A stretch of 64,000 nucleotides of DNA from Octopus sinensis (Eukaryota), in the NCBI RefSeq assembly GCF_006345805.1, contig NC_043005.1:51460001-51524000 (forward strand), given 5' to 3'. The notes under the pieces were generated by a model. That model did not search any database, was not told the DNA's origin, and saw nothing but the letters and a program-made list of their open reading frames with translations. A program made the position numbers and the translations under genes. Positions 49,026-62,989 of the stretch are shown piece after piece (position 1 is the stretch's first letter; each line of letters opens with the position of its first letter).

Positions 49026-51487
49026 TTTTAATGGAAATACTACTCTGCTTAGAAACAAGTGAGAGTTGGTGACAGGAAGAGCACCTGGCTGTAGAAGAAT
49101 CTGCCTCAACAAAGTCATCATTTCCCTGCTTCTTCATCCTCAGTGACTTCGTTGTGGGGATGAGGTGAGGAGCCCCACCGGAAGAGGAAGAGGGAGCGAT
49201 GAAGTGAGGGAAGTAGGACCAGCGTGGTACTCTTTGGCTTCGAGGCAGTTTTGGTGAATGAATGCATGTGGATGCATGGGTGAGATGTTCCCTCATACTA
49301 CATTTGTAAGAGGTCATAAACACTGTCATTTCTTCTCTTACTATATAAACCGTATAAAAATAATAATTCTAAATCCTCAGCAGCAGGCATGGTAAGAAGG
49401 TTGTTTCCCAACCACATGGTTCTGGGTTCAGTCCCACTGCGTGGCACCTTGGACTATAGCTTTGGGCCAACCAAAGCCTTGTGAGTGGATTTGGTTGACA
49501 AACTGAAAGAAGCCTGTTGTGTGTGTGTATATATGTGTATATATATACATACATACATGTGTTTGTATATGCTTGTAAGTATGTATTTATGTTCTTGTGT
49601 GTTTGTCCCCCCCTGCCATCACTTGACAACTGATGTTAGTGTGTTTGTCTCTGTAACTTAGCAGTTCAGTGAAAGAGACTGATAGAGTAAGTACTAGGCT
49701 TACAAAGAATAAGTCCTGGGGTCGATTTCTTCAACTAAAACACTTTAAGATGGTGCTCCAGTATGGCCGCAATCAAATGATTGAAAGAAGTAAAGGGTTA
49801 AACGAAAACGCCTTTAGTCAAGCAAATCGACCCCAGGACTTATTCTTTGTAAGCCTAGTACTTATTCTATCGGTTTCTTTTGCTGAACCACTAAGTTACA
49901 GGGACATAAGCACACCGACATCGGATGTCAAGCGATGTTGGGGGGACAAACACAAACAAACATATACACATACACACACACACACACACATATCTATATA
50001 TACACACATACATATATACAACAGGCTTCTTTCAATTTCTGTCTATCAGCTTAAATTAAATAAATTTCCCTGCACCATACTGACCACTTTAAAAATCTTC
50101 TATTAACCTTTGACCACGCATGAAAGCAAGCAGCTACCCATCATTTTTCTGAAATATTTCAGCCTTTATCAATTTGAACTACCTGTCACTCAACCAAGCC
50201 AGTGACGGGGCATCAATGTGTTCACTTGATTTGTTGGAAATAGCAGCCAAATTTCCAAATTATACTCTTTTTTTATGAGAAAACAAGAAATATCATGTTG
50301 AACATTGTAGTTTTAGATGTACTAGATTTGCCACGAGGTTGGGGTAGAGTGGGAGACAAATTGATCATAGCTGTAGTGCCTTAGATCAAAGGTCTGCTGA
50401 ATCAGAGCTGATCTAAGTCTAAAGTTCAACAGCATGTCACTCTAATTCTATGCTCTGGATTGTCTGTTGTTTATGTTTAAAACCTAGATAGGAATTAAAA
50501 GAAAAAAAATAAACAGAACTAATTTCTACAGCTGGATGCCCTTCCTGTCACCAACTCTCACCTGTTCCCAAGTAAGGTAATATTTCCCATTGCCAGGTAT
50601 ATTTTCCAAAGAAAAAAGGAAATGAACTGCCTTGCTTATATGATGGTGATTCTCATTTATGATCATCACATGATGTCAAGATAAGGATACATGCACACAC
50701 TCACACACACATATAGTTTCCATCTACTAAATCCATTCACAAGGCTGTGACCAGCCTGAAGCTATAGTAAAAGACACTTGCCCAAAGTGTCGCTCAGTAG
50801 GACTGAACCCTAGATCACATGATTGAGAAGCAAGCTTCTTAATTACAGAGCCACACCTGTACCTCTACCATCATCATCATATCCATTTCTCACCATCACT
50901 ATCATCATAACTATTCATTATTTACCATCATTATCATCACATCTTTTCCTTATAATCATATCCATCTATTTCTTACCATCATCTTCATATTCGTTCATAC
51001 ATTACCATCATCATATCTGTTCATTCTTTATTATCATATCTACCCATTCCTTACTATTGTTACCATACCTTTCTATTTTGTTTTTATCACCTCCGTCTTC
51101 ATAATCATCATCATTATCATCATCTCTATCCATTCCATAACCAGTGTCAGTTATTCTGGGAATTCCAGCCTTCTCCCTCACATCTTTTCATTCCTCTTTA
51201 ATGGTAACAAGATCTATCTACATTTAAATGTATTTACCAATACACAAAGACCGGGTTATAAAAATGAAAAACTAAAAAATAACTTATCTCTCACAGTAAG
51301 AATATTTGTGTATAACTGTTAACATAGAGGTGCATGTATAGTAAGAAGCTTGCTTCCAAACCACTTGGTTGCGAGTTCCATTCCACTATGTAACACCTTG
51401 AGCAAGTGTCTTCCATAGCCTCAGGGTGACCAAAGCCTTGTGAGTGTATTTAGCAAACAGAAACTGAAAGAAGCCCATCATATATAT

Positions 51488-51591
51488 ATATTATATAGAG
51501 GGCATTACTATACATTAATGCCACATGCTAGGAGGGAGTCTTCCCGCCTAGCGTGTGGCATTTATGTATAGTAATGCCCTCTATATAATAT
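51488..51591. repeat. 104-bp palindrome with 50-bp arms (mini-MITE-like)
   Basis: ATATTATATAGAGGGCATTACTATACAT.AATGCCACA.GCTAGG.GGGA is mirrored with 3 mismatches; loop GTCT. Confidence 0.9.
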
Positions 51592-52117
51592 AAATAAATA
51601 TATTTAAGTGAAAAAATTGGTGGATCTTTTTCTCTTATGAGGTTTTTCACTCTAACTACTTGATAAATTCTTATAAAGATTTTATCTTATTTTTAAATTG
51701 TATATATATATATATATAATATATATATATATCAGGCACGTGCCATCAGTAATTAGTCAGGGTAGGCAGTTGGTAACCTTTATATAGTAAAACACATAAA
51801 AAATGTGACTGAGTTGAAGGCAGATTTACTTCTATCTTTATAGCACATAAAAAAATGGTGTTGTATGAGTGTACACAGCAGGTGTACTACAGCAGTACTA
51901 TGCGTAGCTTGAATAATGAGATTGAAAGGCAGGGGTGAATTATGCCTACCTAATCTAAAAAAGAATTAAATATTTTGCATTTTATGCATAGTAATCAGAG
52001 TAATCTTCATAATTTTATTGAATTAGGCACATATTTTGCCGTAAAAAGAAAATATTGCTATCAATTGATTTTATTCAATGTAGGCACTGCCTACCTTGCC
52101 TACCTAGGCGGCATGTC

Positions 52118-52157
<40 letters not shown>

Positions 52158-55100
52158 ATATATGTATATATTGATGTGTGTTTGTCTCTGTAACTTAGCA
52201 GTTTGGCAAAAGAGACCAATAGAATAAGTATTAGGCTTAGAAAGATTAAGTCCTGGGGCCGATTTCTTTGACTAAAAACCTTTTAAGGCGGTGCTCCAGC
52301 ATAGCCGCAGTCAGATAACTGAAGCAAGTAAAAAAAATATCACTATTACTTTAGTCTGCAATTGAACATACAAATAAATAGACTCAGCTATATTGGATTG
52401 TGTATGTATGTGTGAGTATTTGAAATGATGTGTCTGTTGTTTATTTATTCTTCAAGGCGATGAGCTGGCAGAATTGTTAACTCACTGGACAAAATGCTTA
52501 GCAGCATTTCGTCTGTCTTTATGTTCTGGGTTCAAATTCTGCTAAGGTTGCCCTTGACTTTTATCCTTTTTGGGGGTCAATAAAATAAGTACCAGTTGAG
52601 CACTGGAGTTGATATAAGCAACTAGCCCTCTCGCTTTAAAATTTTTAGGCCTTGTGCCTTGTATTAGAAAGAATTTTTATTTATTCTCTGACTGGTTGCA
52701 GTCATGGAACTGTGGTAATGCTGGGGTACCACCTTCAAGGGAGTAGTTGATTATATCAGCCATAATACTTGACACATACTATTTTGTCTGTTTTAGAAGA
52801 ATGCAAATTGATCTGGATGGGATTTAGATTTAACCCTTTCGTTACTGTATTTATTTTGAGATGCTCTGTATTTCTTTCAATTACTTTAAATATAACAAAG
52901 AATTTAGTAAAATAACATTGTTATCATTCAGTTAGTGTTAGGAACATAAATTGTGACTAAGGTTTGGTGGAAGATTTTAATTCAAAACTTATGAAAACAA
53001 GACATTTGTACTACAGAGCCAGAGCCGGTTTCAGCCAGGTTGGTAATGAAAGGGTTAAAATGTAAAGACACATAACAAAATTACCACTAGGTGTTTTGTC
53101 AAGTGCTCTACTGACTCTGCCATTCACGAGTTTGTTCTTTCTTGTTTTTCTTCCAGGTCTTCATACATTTTACTGTTGTTACTTGAGTAAAGCTTTAGAG
53201 CTTTGGTTCTCAATTAGGGTCAGTATGACCCCTAAGGATTCTGGGGGTCCCTGTGAATAAAATTTGCTTTAGATGCACTTATTGTGAGAAACAGTTAATT
53301 TTTACATAGTTTATTATATTTCTGGTCACTGAAACATGTTCCCTCAGAGAGGGCTACTGCAAACCTGCGCAAGTATGTGTTGTCCCAGCATGGCTACAGC
53401 CTTAAAGTTGAAATGTGTGCATGAATAAAAGAATAAAGTGTATGCGTGAGAAACAAAATGGAAATTTTGAAAGAAGTATCCATAGAACTAGTTTTTAAAC
53501 ACCGAATGGAAATAGAGCTCAAAAAGAATAAAATAATAATCAAAAGGGGTCCAAAGATAGGTGCAGACGTAGCTCTGTGATAAGAAACTTGCCTCTCAAC
53601 CATATGATTCCAGGTTCAGCCCCACAGCATAGCACCTTCTACTATAGCCTCAGATCAACCAAAGCCTTGTGAGTGGATCTGATAGATGGAAACTGAGAGA
53701 AGCCTGTCATATGTATGTGTATATATATATATGTGTGTGTCTGTGTACATGTGTCTTTGTGTCTTGTCCTCCCTCCTTGTTTGACAACCAGTTCAACAAA
53801 GAGATCGATAGAATAAGTACCAGGCTTTAAAAAAGAAAAAAAAGTACAGGGGTTAATTCATTCAACTAAAAATTCCTTCAAAGCAGTGCTCCAGCATGGC
53901 TGCAGTCTAATGATTGAAACAAATAAAAAAAAAAAAAAAAGGCACAGCTTTAGAGTGTCAGATGAAAGAAAAAAACTGTGCCTTGCAGTATTTATTCTGG
54001 TTCCTTGCATTCTGAGGTTAGACCCCCCCCCCCCGAGGTCAGCTTTGTTTTTCATCAAGTGTGGCTAAGCACCCAACTTGTTCTGGGATGTATGGCCCAT
54101 CTGATTCCTCTCCTTCCATATTTCTCTGCTTTACTTCTCCCCCCTTCTTTTTTTTGTTTTTTTTTTTTGCTTTGTTTCCTTTCTTATCTCTTTTCTTTAG
54201 GGTTTCTTTGTTTGAAAACTGTTTTGGTTTTATTGATAACAGGACTTCAGAATTTGAATATTAGTTTCTAGACAAACCCAATAAAGAAATACAATTAGAT
54301 AAACGAATTTGTAGAGAGCAAGTTGCTACACTGTCCTATAGAATCCAAAAACCATGTGCCCCCCCCCCCCCCCCGAAACAAATTTAGTAAATACATAGCC
54401 ATCTGAATTAAACAGGATTGTCACATTTGGCATGGATGCATTCAATCCATAAGTCTGCTCAGTCAAGGGCTGGGCTGGGCTGGCCTAGCCTAGGGCTAAA
54501 CAATAACAACATTGACTAGTATTGCAGAGTCCATTTTATTTTATTGAAATCTTAAGAATAGGCAGTGTTTTTTTTTTCTCTCTCTCTCCCCCTCAGTCCT
54601 TCCTCTTTCACTCCAAAGTATTTAGAGGCAGGTGCCTGTTCACAGAAACCTCTATTTGTTTATTACCACTGAATGAGCTGACAGCTAGTAAAGACATCAC
54701 TTTAATTGTGCTGTGAATACACAAAACTTAACTCCTTTCCTCCCTTTTTTTTTTTTTTTTCCTTTAACTCCAGTGAAGTGAATGTGTATGACCACCTCCC
54801 ACTCCTTTTAAAATTTATTTTTGATTTAATTTATTTTTAATGAGCTATCTAATGCACTAAATGCCTCCTCACATAACATCTCACCTTAATTTGTTTGAGA
54901 GAGAGCGAGAGAGAGAGAGAGTGTGTGTGTCTTATATTTCTGCTATCACTTCTCTTTTGCTCTGCTACATCAGCCATTCCTGGCTATGGAAAACAGACCA
55001 ATTCTCTTTCATTCATTCTTTCTGCTGCTGTTGCCTTAATTTTAGATGTAAAGATAGCAATAGAGTGTGCATATGAGAGAGGCAGTGGGTGGGAGTGGGG

Positions 55101-56149
55101 GTGGTAAAGGAGTCTTCAGTTCTCTCGTATCCTTTCTGCTCAAGTTATGGTATTAAAGAGATAAAAATAAATAAGATCTTGTTCTTGGTGTGCAGCCTTC
55201 AAACAAATCGTTTTGTTTCGTTTTTGTTACATTTTCAGAGATGTGTGGTGGAAACAATTTAATTGCCCCAATAATTATCTTCGGTTATTACTGTGAACAT
55301 CAAGAATGGATGTTCCTTCCTTTATTTATTTAATATTTATTTTGTACTTTGATTCAAAGTCTTTTGTTTCTTATATTATTTTGTTTTATTGAAGTTTTTT
55401 TTTTTCTTTTTTTTTTTCAATGTTGTTGGCTCAATATGCAAGGAGATAGGAAACAACAACAACAAAAAAAAATCCTCTGCTATTTTGGCATGTGGAAGTT
55501 GATGAAAGCTTTTAAATTATCCTTTTAGAAACCAATAATCAATATATATAAAATGCCACATTTGCCTGTCTGACTGTAGCTTTTGTACATGTGTAAACTC
55601 TTCTTATACAATCTCCACCTTTATAACCTATTAAGGCAAGTGGAATATGACATCATATCTAGTGTTTAAAGATAGTATTTGATTTCATTCCTTTTTTTTT
55701 TTTTTAGCATGCAAATTCTTTTAATGAACTTCAACTAAATACGATTATTAAAATATAAGAATTTAATAACAATTATTGCATTTTATCTTTACTTTATATA
55801 TTTGACATTCTCTCTTAGCAGTTATGAAAAGTGTTGATTAAATAAGCCAAATCTTTGCTTGAAAATTTTGTTCTAAGTAAAATTCCTTTAATCTTTGCAT
55901 ATCTTATTTTTATTGAAATACACCACCTATGTGTTTCAATTAATTTAGAAAATAATGAGGTCGGAGGAACTTAATAAAATCACAGCAGTTACATTGTGGG
56001 AGAGCAATTTAAAAACATGCAAAATCCAGTTGCATTAATTTTTTATTTTATTTCTTGAGGTTTCAAAATTTTCATTTCACAACTGTAGCTTGGGCTCTGA
56101 TATAGTTTCACTGCAACACAATTCCTATGGATTACCATGGAATCAGAGT

Positions 56150-56470
56150 CTCTGCAGGTTGTGCTGCTACTTCTCTCTCTGCATTGAGAGGTCACGGCTC
56201 AGGTACTATGGACATGTGATTCCAATGTCAAAGGAAAGAATTGCAAGATGGATTCTTCAAGTTAAATCAGCCGACAGGAGACTTAGAGGTAGAGCAAGAA
56301 CAAGGTGGTTGGATAACATCGATAGTCTCAGCTGGTCATGCTTGGCAATCTAGCCAGAAAGTCTTATGTTGGTTGCTTGTGATTGGACCTTGTGGAAGAG
56401 GTGCTTGAGGACTCTACCTCATCAACCCTCTCAGGAATAGTGGGGGAAGAAGATTGATGGATGGATTGAT
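56150..56470 (+). mobile_element. 5'-truncated RTE-clade LINE 3' end
   Basis: IERSRLRYYGHVIPMSKERIARWIL...RRLRGRARTRWLDNI..LSW, the RTE C-terminal motif. In-frame stops and a GATG-rich tail follow. Confidence 0.8.
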
Positions 56471-57276
56471 GGACATGTCAGTGATAAGGTCGCAGTTGTG
56501 CAACAGAAATTTTAACACCTCAAAGAATAAATGGAAACTGGATTTTGTCTGTTTTTAAATGGCTAATGTGACTCTTCCACAATATAATAATTACTTCATG
56601 TATAATACTCAGTCTCAAATCAAAATCACTTACAAGACAAGTGCGACTACTTCATAAAATAGCTTTTTCATTATTAAGTTGGCATTCGAAATATAACTTA
56701 TCAAAAAAGATACTTTATAAAATTAGAATGGGCATTTTTTTTTTTAGATATGAACTCTTAAAAAGTGGATTTTGTATCAAAGAACTAGGGACTATCACTG
56801 GGAGATTGTTGTCAAAATGGTTTTAAAGGACACTCTTAAAATTGGAATCAACTTTAAACAGAAGCATTCTAGAAAAATACGAATTTTACTGATTTTTCAA
56901 AATTTAAATCAGATTCGATAAATTTTCTTTCTTCCATTTCTAAAATGTTCCTATGTTTTCTTGTTTAGAGTTTGGTTATTTATTGGTAAATGATTGGGTT
57001 AATTCTTCAAAAGTGCACTTTGTGTACTTGTGTATATGTGTCTGTGTGTGGTTGTCATTGTTTAATTGTTTCAACCTTTAATCTCTGACCTTTGAATGAC
57101 TTGTGTCCTGTCCACTTAGCTTCTTACAATGACCTCACTTTTCTTTTGAACATACCAACTCTACATCATTCTCACTGCACAGTGTATTGTTTCTTATATC
57201 ACTCAAATACTTTAGCTCAAAATCTAGTGAACACTTTTGTCTTCTCTGATGTTCATTATATATATATATATATTTA

Positions 57277-57515
57277 TGGGGTTGGCCAAAAGTCACCTGA
57301 CAGTAAATCAAAATTCCATAAATATTTAATATTCAATTTTATTTATTCATTCCAATTATGGATGTTTAATAATTGAATACTGTGAGTTAAAATCACCATC
57401 TTTTTTTTCAACATTTGTCTATATATTAGTGAGGTTACATATAAAATAATTTTTTGTTTTAATCTTGGAATTAAATGGTTTTGATGTACTGGCAGGTGAC
57501 TTTTGGCCAACCCAG
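57277..57515. mobile_element. Tc1/mariner MITE (second copy 60256-60461)
   Basis: TA flanks; TIRs (CA)GGGTTGGCCAAAAGTCACCTG.CAGTA.ATCAAAA. The 60256 copy lacks 21 bp between two CAAAA repeats. Confidence 0.8.
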
Positions 57516-57543
57516 TATATATGTATACACACACACACACACA

Positions 57544-58770
57544 CAGGGTGGGCCATAGTGATTGGACACATTTTAAATGCTAGTATCTTGGATTATAAAA
57601 ATGACGTAGAGTACCAAATACATTTATTACATGGCTGAGCTACAGGAGTTCAACATATTATCTAAAATTTGAATATTACATCCTTGAGATGGTCACCACC
57701 ATAAAGAGAACATTCACAAGCTCACTTTCTGATATCAAGCACACTGCAGTGTAGTATATCAACTGGAATGGTTGCAGTCTCTCTACAAATGCTTTGTTTT
57801 AGTACTGCTGTTGTGTGGGGTCTTGTGTATGTTCTATCATTGAAGTGACCCCATAGAAAGCAGTCTACTTGGATTAGATCTAGTGGTTTGGATGGCCAGT
57901 GGATATCATCAAATCTCAAAATGAAATGTCTGGGGAATTGTTCTCAAAGAGTTGTCCTTGACAGTTGTGCTGTATGACAAGTGACACCATCTTGTTGTAT
58001 CCACATCTGTGTCAGGGCATGCCATATGGTTGTAGCACCCAGCAGTTACCATTACAGCTGCACCATGTTCATCTTCAAAAAAGTAAGGACCAATCACACA
58101 TGCATAAGTCACTGCACACCACACTGTAATCCTCTCATTGTGCAAAGGCCTTTAATACATGATTTGAGGACTTTCACAACCTCAAAACCTACAATTTTGT
58201 TTATTAACATGCCCAGAAAGGCTAAAATGAGTTTCAGCTGATGTGATCAAGTGATGGATAAAATCCTTGACCCCACTGCACATATTGACAAACCAATCAT
58301 TAAAAGTCTGCTCTATCTGTACCTTATATGGACACAAGTTTAGGTCTTGTTTTAAAATCCTTTTGACGTTGGGTTGTGAAATATTCAACTGCTCAGCCAA
58401 TCAGCGAGGTTGACCTGGGGAGTTTTTCTTCTTTGTACTGCCTGCTTCACAGGAGTTTGTAATAGCACATAAGATCACCTTTCGGGATGATGCCTGTCGT
58501 TTTCCAACATGCTTCGGAATTTTTTTGGGGCTACAACAATGGATCTTTGGATGGTGAAGTATGCTTCGACCATGTATGCAATTTCTTTTGGAGTCCATGA
58601 CATTATGAGGGTCACCGACACCAACTACCTGTAAAAAATATTCAAATCTTAGATGATATGTCAAACTCCTGTATATCAGTTAAGTAATAAATATATTTGG
58701 TACTCTATGTCATTTGTATAATGCCAGATACTAGCATTTAAAATGTCTCCTATCATTATGGCCCACCCTG
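57544..58770 (-). mobile_element. Decayed rosa/DD41D transposon with 134-bp TIRs
   Basis: TIRs at 57544-57677 and 58637-58770 begin CAGGGTGGGCCATA; TA at 58771. Fragments ETHFSLSGHVNKQNCRF, ITVWCAV..VIGPYFFE and WIQQDGVTCHTA...WPSKPLDLIQVDCFLWG; 41 codons counted between the 2nd and 3rd Asp, one of them a stop. Confidence 0.92.
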
Positions 58771-59262
58771 TAAATCTATTTATCTATCTATCTATCTATC
58801 TATCTATATGTATATGTGTGTGAATAAAAAATCCCACACACATATAAAGGTTACACTAAGTAGTGAAGATTAAAATAATGCTGTAAACATATTTGTACAT
58901 GTTTGGTACATCTGTGTATACTGAGATTTGGAAAAACCTTCACTTCGGTAACTGTCTTTGGAAAAAAATTTTCCTAATAGATGATATTTGCCAAAACACT
59001 CCAAATTGAACTAAAATGACATCATCAGACTGTAGAAAACATGTTTCTGCTTCATTATACTTCATCAGCTACAGACAGTGAATCTGTTGTTTAAAGCCCA
59101 CTAAAAACTGCTTTTCTTATATGTAAACAACAAATAATAAATTTACTGGCATGTGTAAAGTGTTGTCAAAGCTAGAATTAATTAATAAAAGGCTCACTAA
59201 GCAGCAATAATTAAAATAAAGCTATGTACATTTATTGTTCTCAGCTCTCCTTCTTTCTCTAC

Positions 59263-59358
<96 letters not shown>

Positions 59359-60084
59359 TAGAGAGAGAGAGAGAACCACATGGTTTTGAGTTTTCCCTTA
59401 CTGCATAGATGTATTTGGCAGATGGAAACTGGGAGTATATTATATATATATACATGTGTATGCTGATTGTAGACAAAACCTCATCAGCCTTACATAGTGC
59501 ACTCGGAGCTGAGTGCTTATGCAATTGTTTCTTCAGAGTAGTTAAAACGAAGTGCATTAATTAATATTTCACTCTGTACTTTCCCTAAAACATGAATATA
59601 TTGAGTTCTAACAACTGGTTATTAAGATTGCTATGCCTAGGCAAAATCATAAAATATACTTGTATGTAATCAGTCACACATACATAATGTATGTGTTTTC
59701 TTTATACACCACACATGCTGCAGGGTAGCATCCAGGAAATACTCCCTACACAACACCAAGTGTTAAAGAACACCTGAATTTCACAGACTAAGCGAGATAA
59801 CTTGCCTTGGATGGCTGAGAATGGTAGATACTGATATTTCACTATTATTGTGGCTTATCAATTACCACAAACTCGGATCATCTCGAAATAAAGTGAACAG
59901 GTGGTGTAGGGCTTATATGCAAACAGATAGAAGTCTATTTGCCGATGTGCTGGGGCGTAGCACATGTGGAAGTAAATAAAATTATGGATTAAAAGCAGCT
60001 CTAGTTATGTTAAACATTATCAGTCACACATGCATAATATCTGTTTTTATAATAGTTCCACCTGTGACTAATGAGCAGTGAGCT

Positions 60085-60139
<55 letters not shown>

Positions 60140-61761
60140 TATACACATATATATATATATACACATATATATATATATACACATATATATATATATATAT
60201 AATATATATATATATATTATATATATATATATATCTATATATATATATATATATACAGGGTTGGCCAAAATTCCATAAATACTATCTGTAATTCTGTATT
60301 GACTTGAATGGAAAAATGTTGCTCAAGAAGGATTTCAGTTTGAACAATTTTTATGATGTTTCATATTTAGATGCTTTTATTAAATTCATTCAGTTGTTAA
60401 ACATAAATAAATCTTGGAATTAAATGGTTTTGATTTACTGTCAGGTGATTTTTTTGACACGCACATACACACATGTTGGATTTCTAAACAGTTATTGTCA
60501 AGCAAATTCCACTCAAGGCAATAGTATGTTTACTTGAGTTTATAGTAGAAGACACCTGCCCAAAATGCCATGCAGTGGGACTGAACTCCAAACCACATGC
60601 TCATCAAGTGAACTTCTTAACAACAGTCATGGCCCTACTCCTCTCTCTTTCTAACCCACACACATCTTTTCTCTTTTAATTGTTTCAGTCATTAGACTGT
60701 GGCCATGCTGGGGCACCACCTTGAAAAAATTTTAGTTGAATGAGTCAACCAACCCCAATACTTGTTTAAGCCTGGTACTTATTCTATAGGGCTCCCTAGC
60801 TGAACTGCTAAGTTATGGGGACATAAACACAACAGGCTTCTTTCTATTTCTGTCAACCAAATCCTTTCACAAGGCTTTTGTCAGCCCAAGTCTAATAAAG
60901 AAGACACTAGCTGAAGGTGCCATGCTGTGGCACTGAACTCTGAACCATGTGGTTGGGAAGCAAGTTTCTTGCCACACAGCCATGCCTGCACCTGCAAGCT
61001 TACATACATTGATTAATTAATCATGTATTTTATTTTGGTCCAGTAAGTCTCTTGCTATTCTGAGATTTTGACTGTGTGCACAGGGTTTTCACTCCTACCG
61101 AAGCAAAGCACACTCTTCCTTTCCTCTTCTTCTCTTTTCCACTTTTCTTTTTCTTCCTTCTTTTCCCCTTTCAGCACATTTTCTCTCCACCATCATACTC
61201 CTAGGACTAGAACCCTATATTCTATTTATATGTGCAAAATCCATCATTCTTTTCCACTTGTAAAATTGCCTGAAGACCCTCGCAGGAGACTAACTCTACC
61301 AAAATAAAATACATTATGTAATCTTTACTATGATATTGAATACTCTCCCCCGTCCCTGACATGCACCACTGAACTACAACATACACCTACATACATATAT
61401 ATATATATACATACATGTAATATATTTAGTAATAGCTGGAGAAAGGAAATATTCTTTTTGTCTATTAAAATGCACAATATCTAGAATTAGGATTTATTTT
61501 ATTTAGGCCTTTTGTCTTTATTATTGAATGTGAAAAATATTTTGAATTTTATTGCGACACAACCCCATACATTCATGCAACAGATTGTACTGGATTCCAA
61601 TATTACCCGTATCGTTCATGAGAAACCTTGTAAATGACCTGACAAATACATACACACGCATGATGTACTTTCAGTTTCCGTCCAACAAATGTACTCATAA
61701 AACTTGGGGCTATAGTATTCAATATTTGCCCAAGATGCCACCCAGTCGGACTGAACCTGGT

Positions 61762-62145
61762 GGAAGCACTCCATCGGTTACGACGACGAGGGTTCCGGTT
61801 GATCCGATCAACGGAACAGCCTGCTCGTGAAATTAACGTGTAAGTGGCTGAGCACTCCACAGACACGTGTACCCTTAACGTAGTTCTTGGGGATATTCAG
61901 CGTGACACAAGAGAGTGACAAGGCCGGCCCTTTGAAATACAGGTACAACAGAAACAGGAAGTAAGAGTGAGAGAAAGTGGTGGTGAAAGAGTATAGCAGG
62001 GATCACCACCATCCCTGCCGGAGCCTCGTGGAGCTTTAGGTGTTTTCGCTCAATAAACGCTCACAACGCCTGGTCTGGGAATCGAAACCACGATCCTACG
62101 ACCGCGAGTCCGCTGCCCTAACCACTGGGCCATTGCGCCTCCACA
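61762..62145 (-). mobile_element. SINE, head type A with tail type 3, nested in an older CORE-type SINE; exact 12-bp TSD
   Basis: TSD ACTGAACCTGGT at 61750-61761 and 62146-62157. Most CpGs are retained, suggesting a young copy. Confidence 0.9.
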
Positions 62146-62736
62146 ACTGAACCTGGTACCAAGTGATTGACAAGCAAGCATCTTAACCACACAACCGTGC
62201 GGGAAAAGAAAAAAGAAGTGTGTACCAGTGTAAAATATCCATGCTGTTGTATTGAACTCAGCACTTCACTAGTTAATTACTCATTACTGCTCTTCCAGTG
62301 GTGAGCTTTACCTGCTCCACATGGTACCTATTAACAGCTACACAGAAAGAGCCATCCAGTATGTAACATCTTGAACGTATACTGACATACGCGTTATCCA
62401 CCTACACACATTTATGCTATATCGATTGCCTATATGGGGGGGGGGGTGTATATGTGTGTGTGTGTGTATATACATGCATTGAGGGATATATATGTACATG
62501 TTGTATGTATGTGCATATACATACTTTTACTTGTTTCAGTCATTTGACTGTGGCCATGCTGGAGCACTGCCTTTAGTCGAGCAAATCGACCTCAGGACTT
62601 ATTCTTTGTAAGCCTCGTACTTATTCTTTCGGTCTCTTTTGCCGAACCGCTAAGTTATGGAGTCGTAAACACACCAGCATCGTTTGTCAAGCGATATTGG
62701 GGGGACAAACACAGACACACAAACATATACACGCAC

Positions 62737-62767
<31 letters not shown>

Positions 62768-62772
<5 letters not shown>

Positions 62773-62989
62773 AATCCAAACGGGAAACAAAAAAACAACA
62801 ACAATGGAACAATTACAGTATTATTATTAATAGGCGCTCAGGAAATGGAAGCAGGGAGGTATGACGTTTCGAGCGGAGCTCTTCGTCGGAAACATAAAGA
62901 AGGAAGAGAGAGGAAAGAAAGATCCCAGAGCGGGCAACAGGGATAGAGAAAAAAAACGACTGGTGTTTACGAGTTGCACATGGTGAAAG

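Noticed and set aside
61255-61300. CTGAAGACCCTCGCAGGAGAC as another hammerhead
   Set aside because: The GAAA half of the core is broken and no stem I or III is evident.
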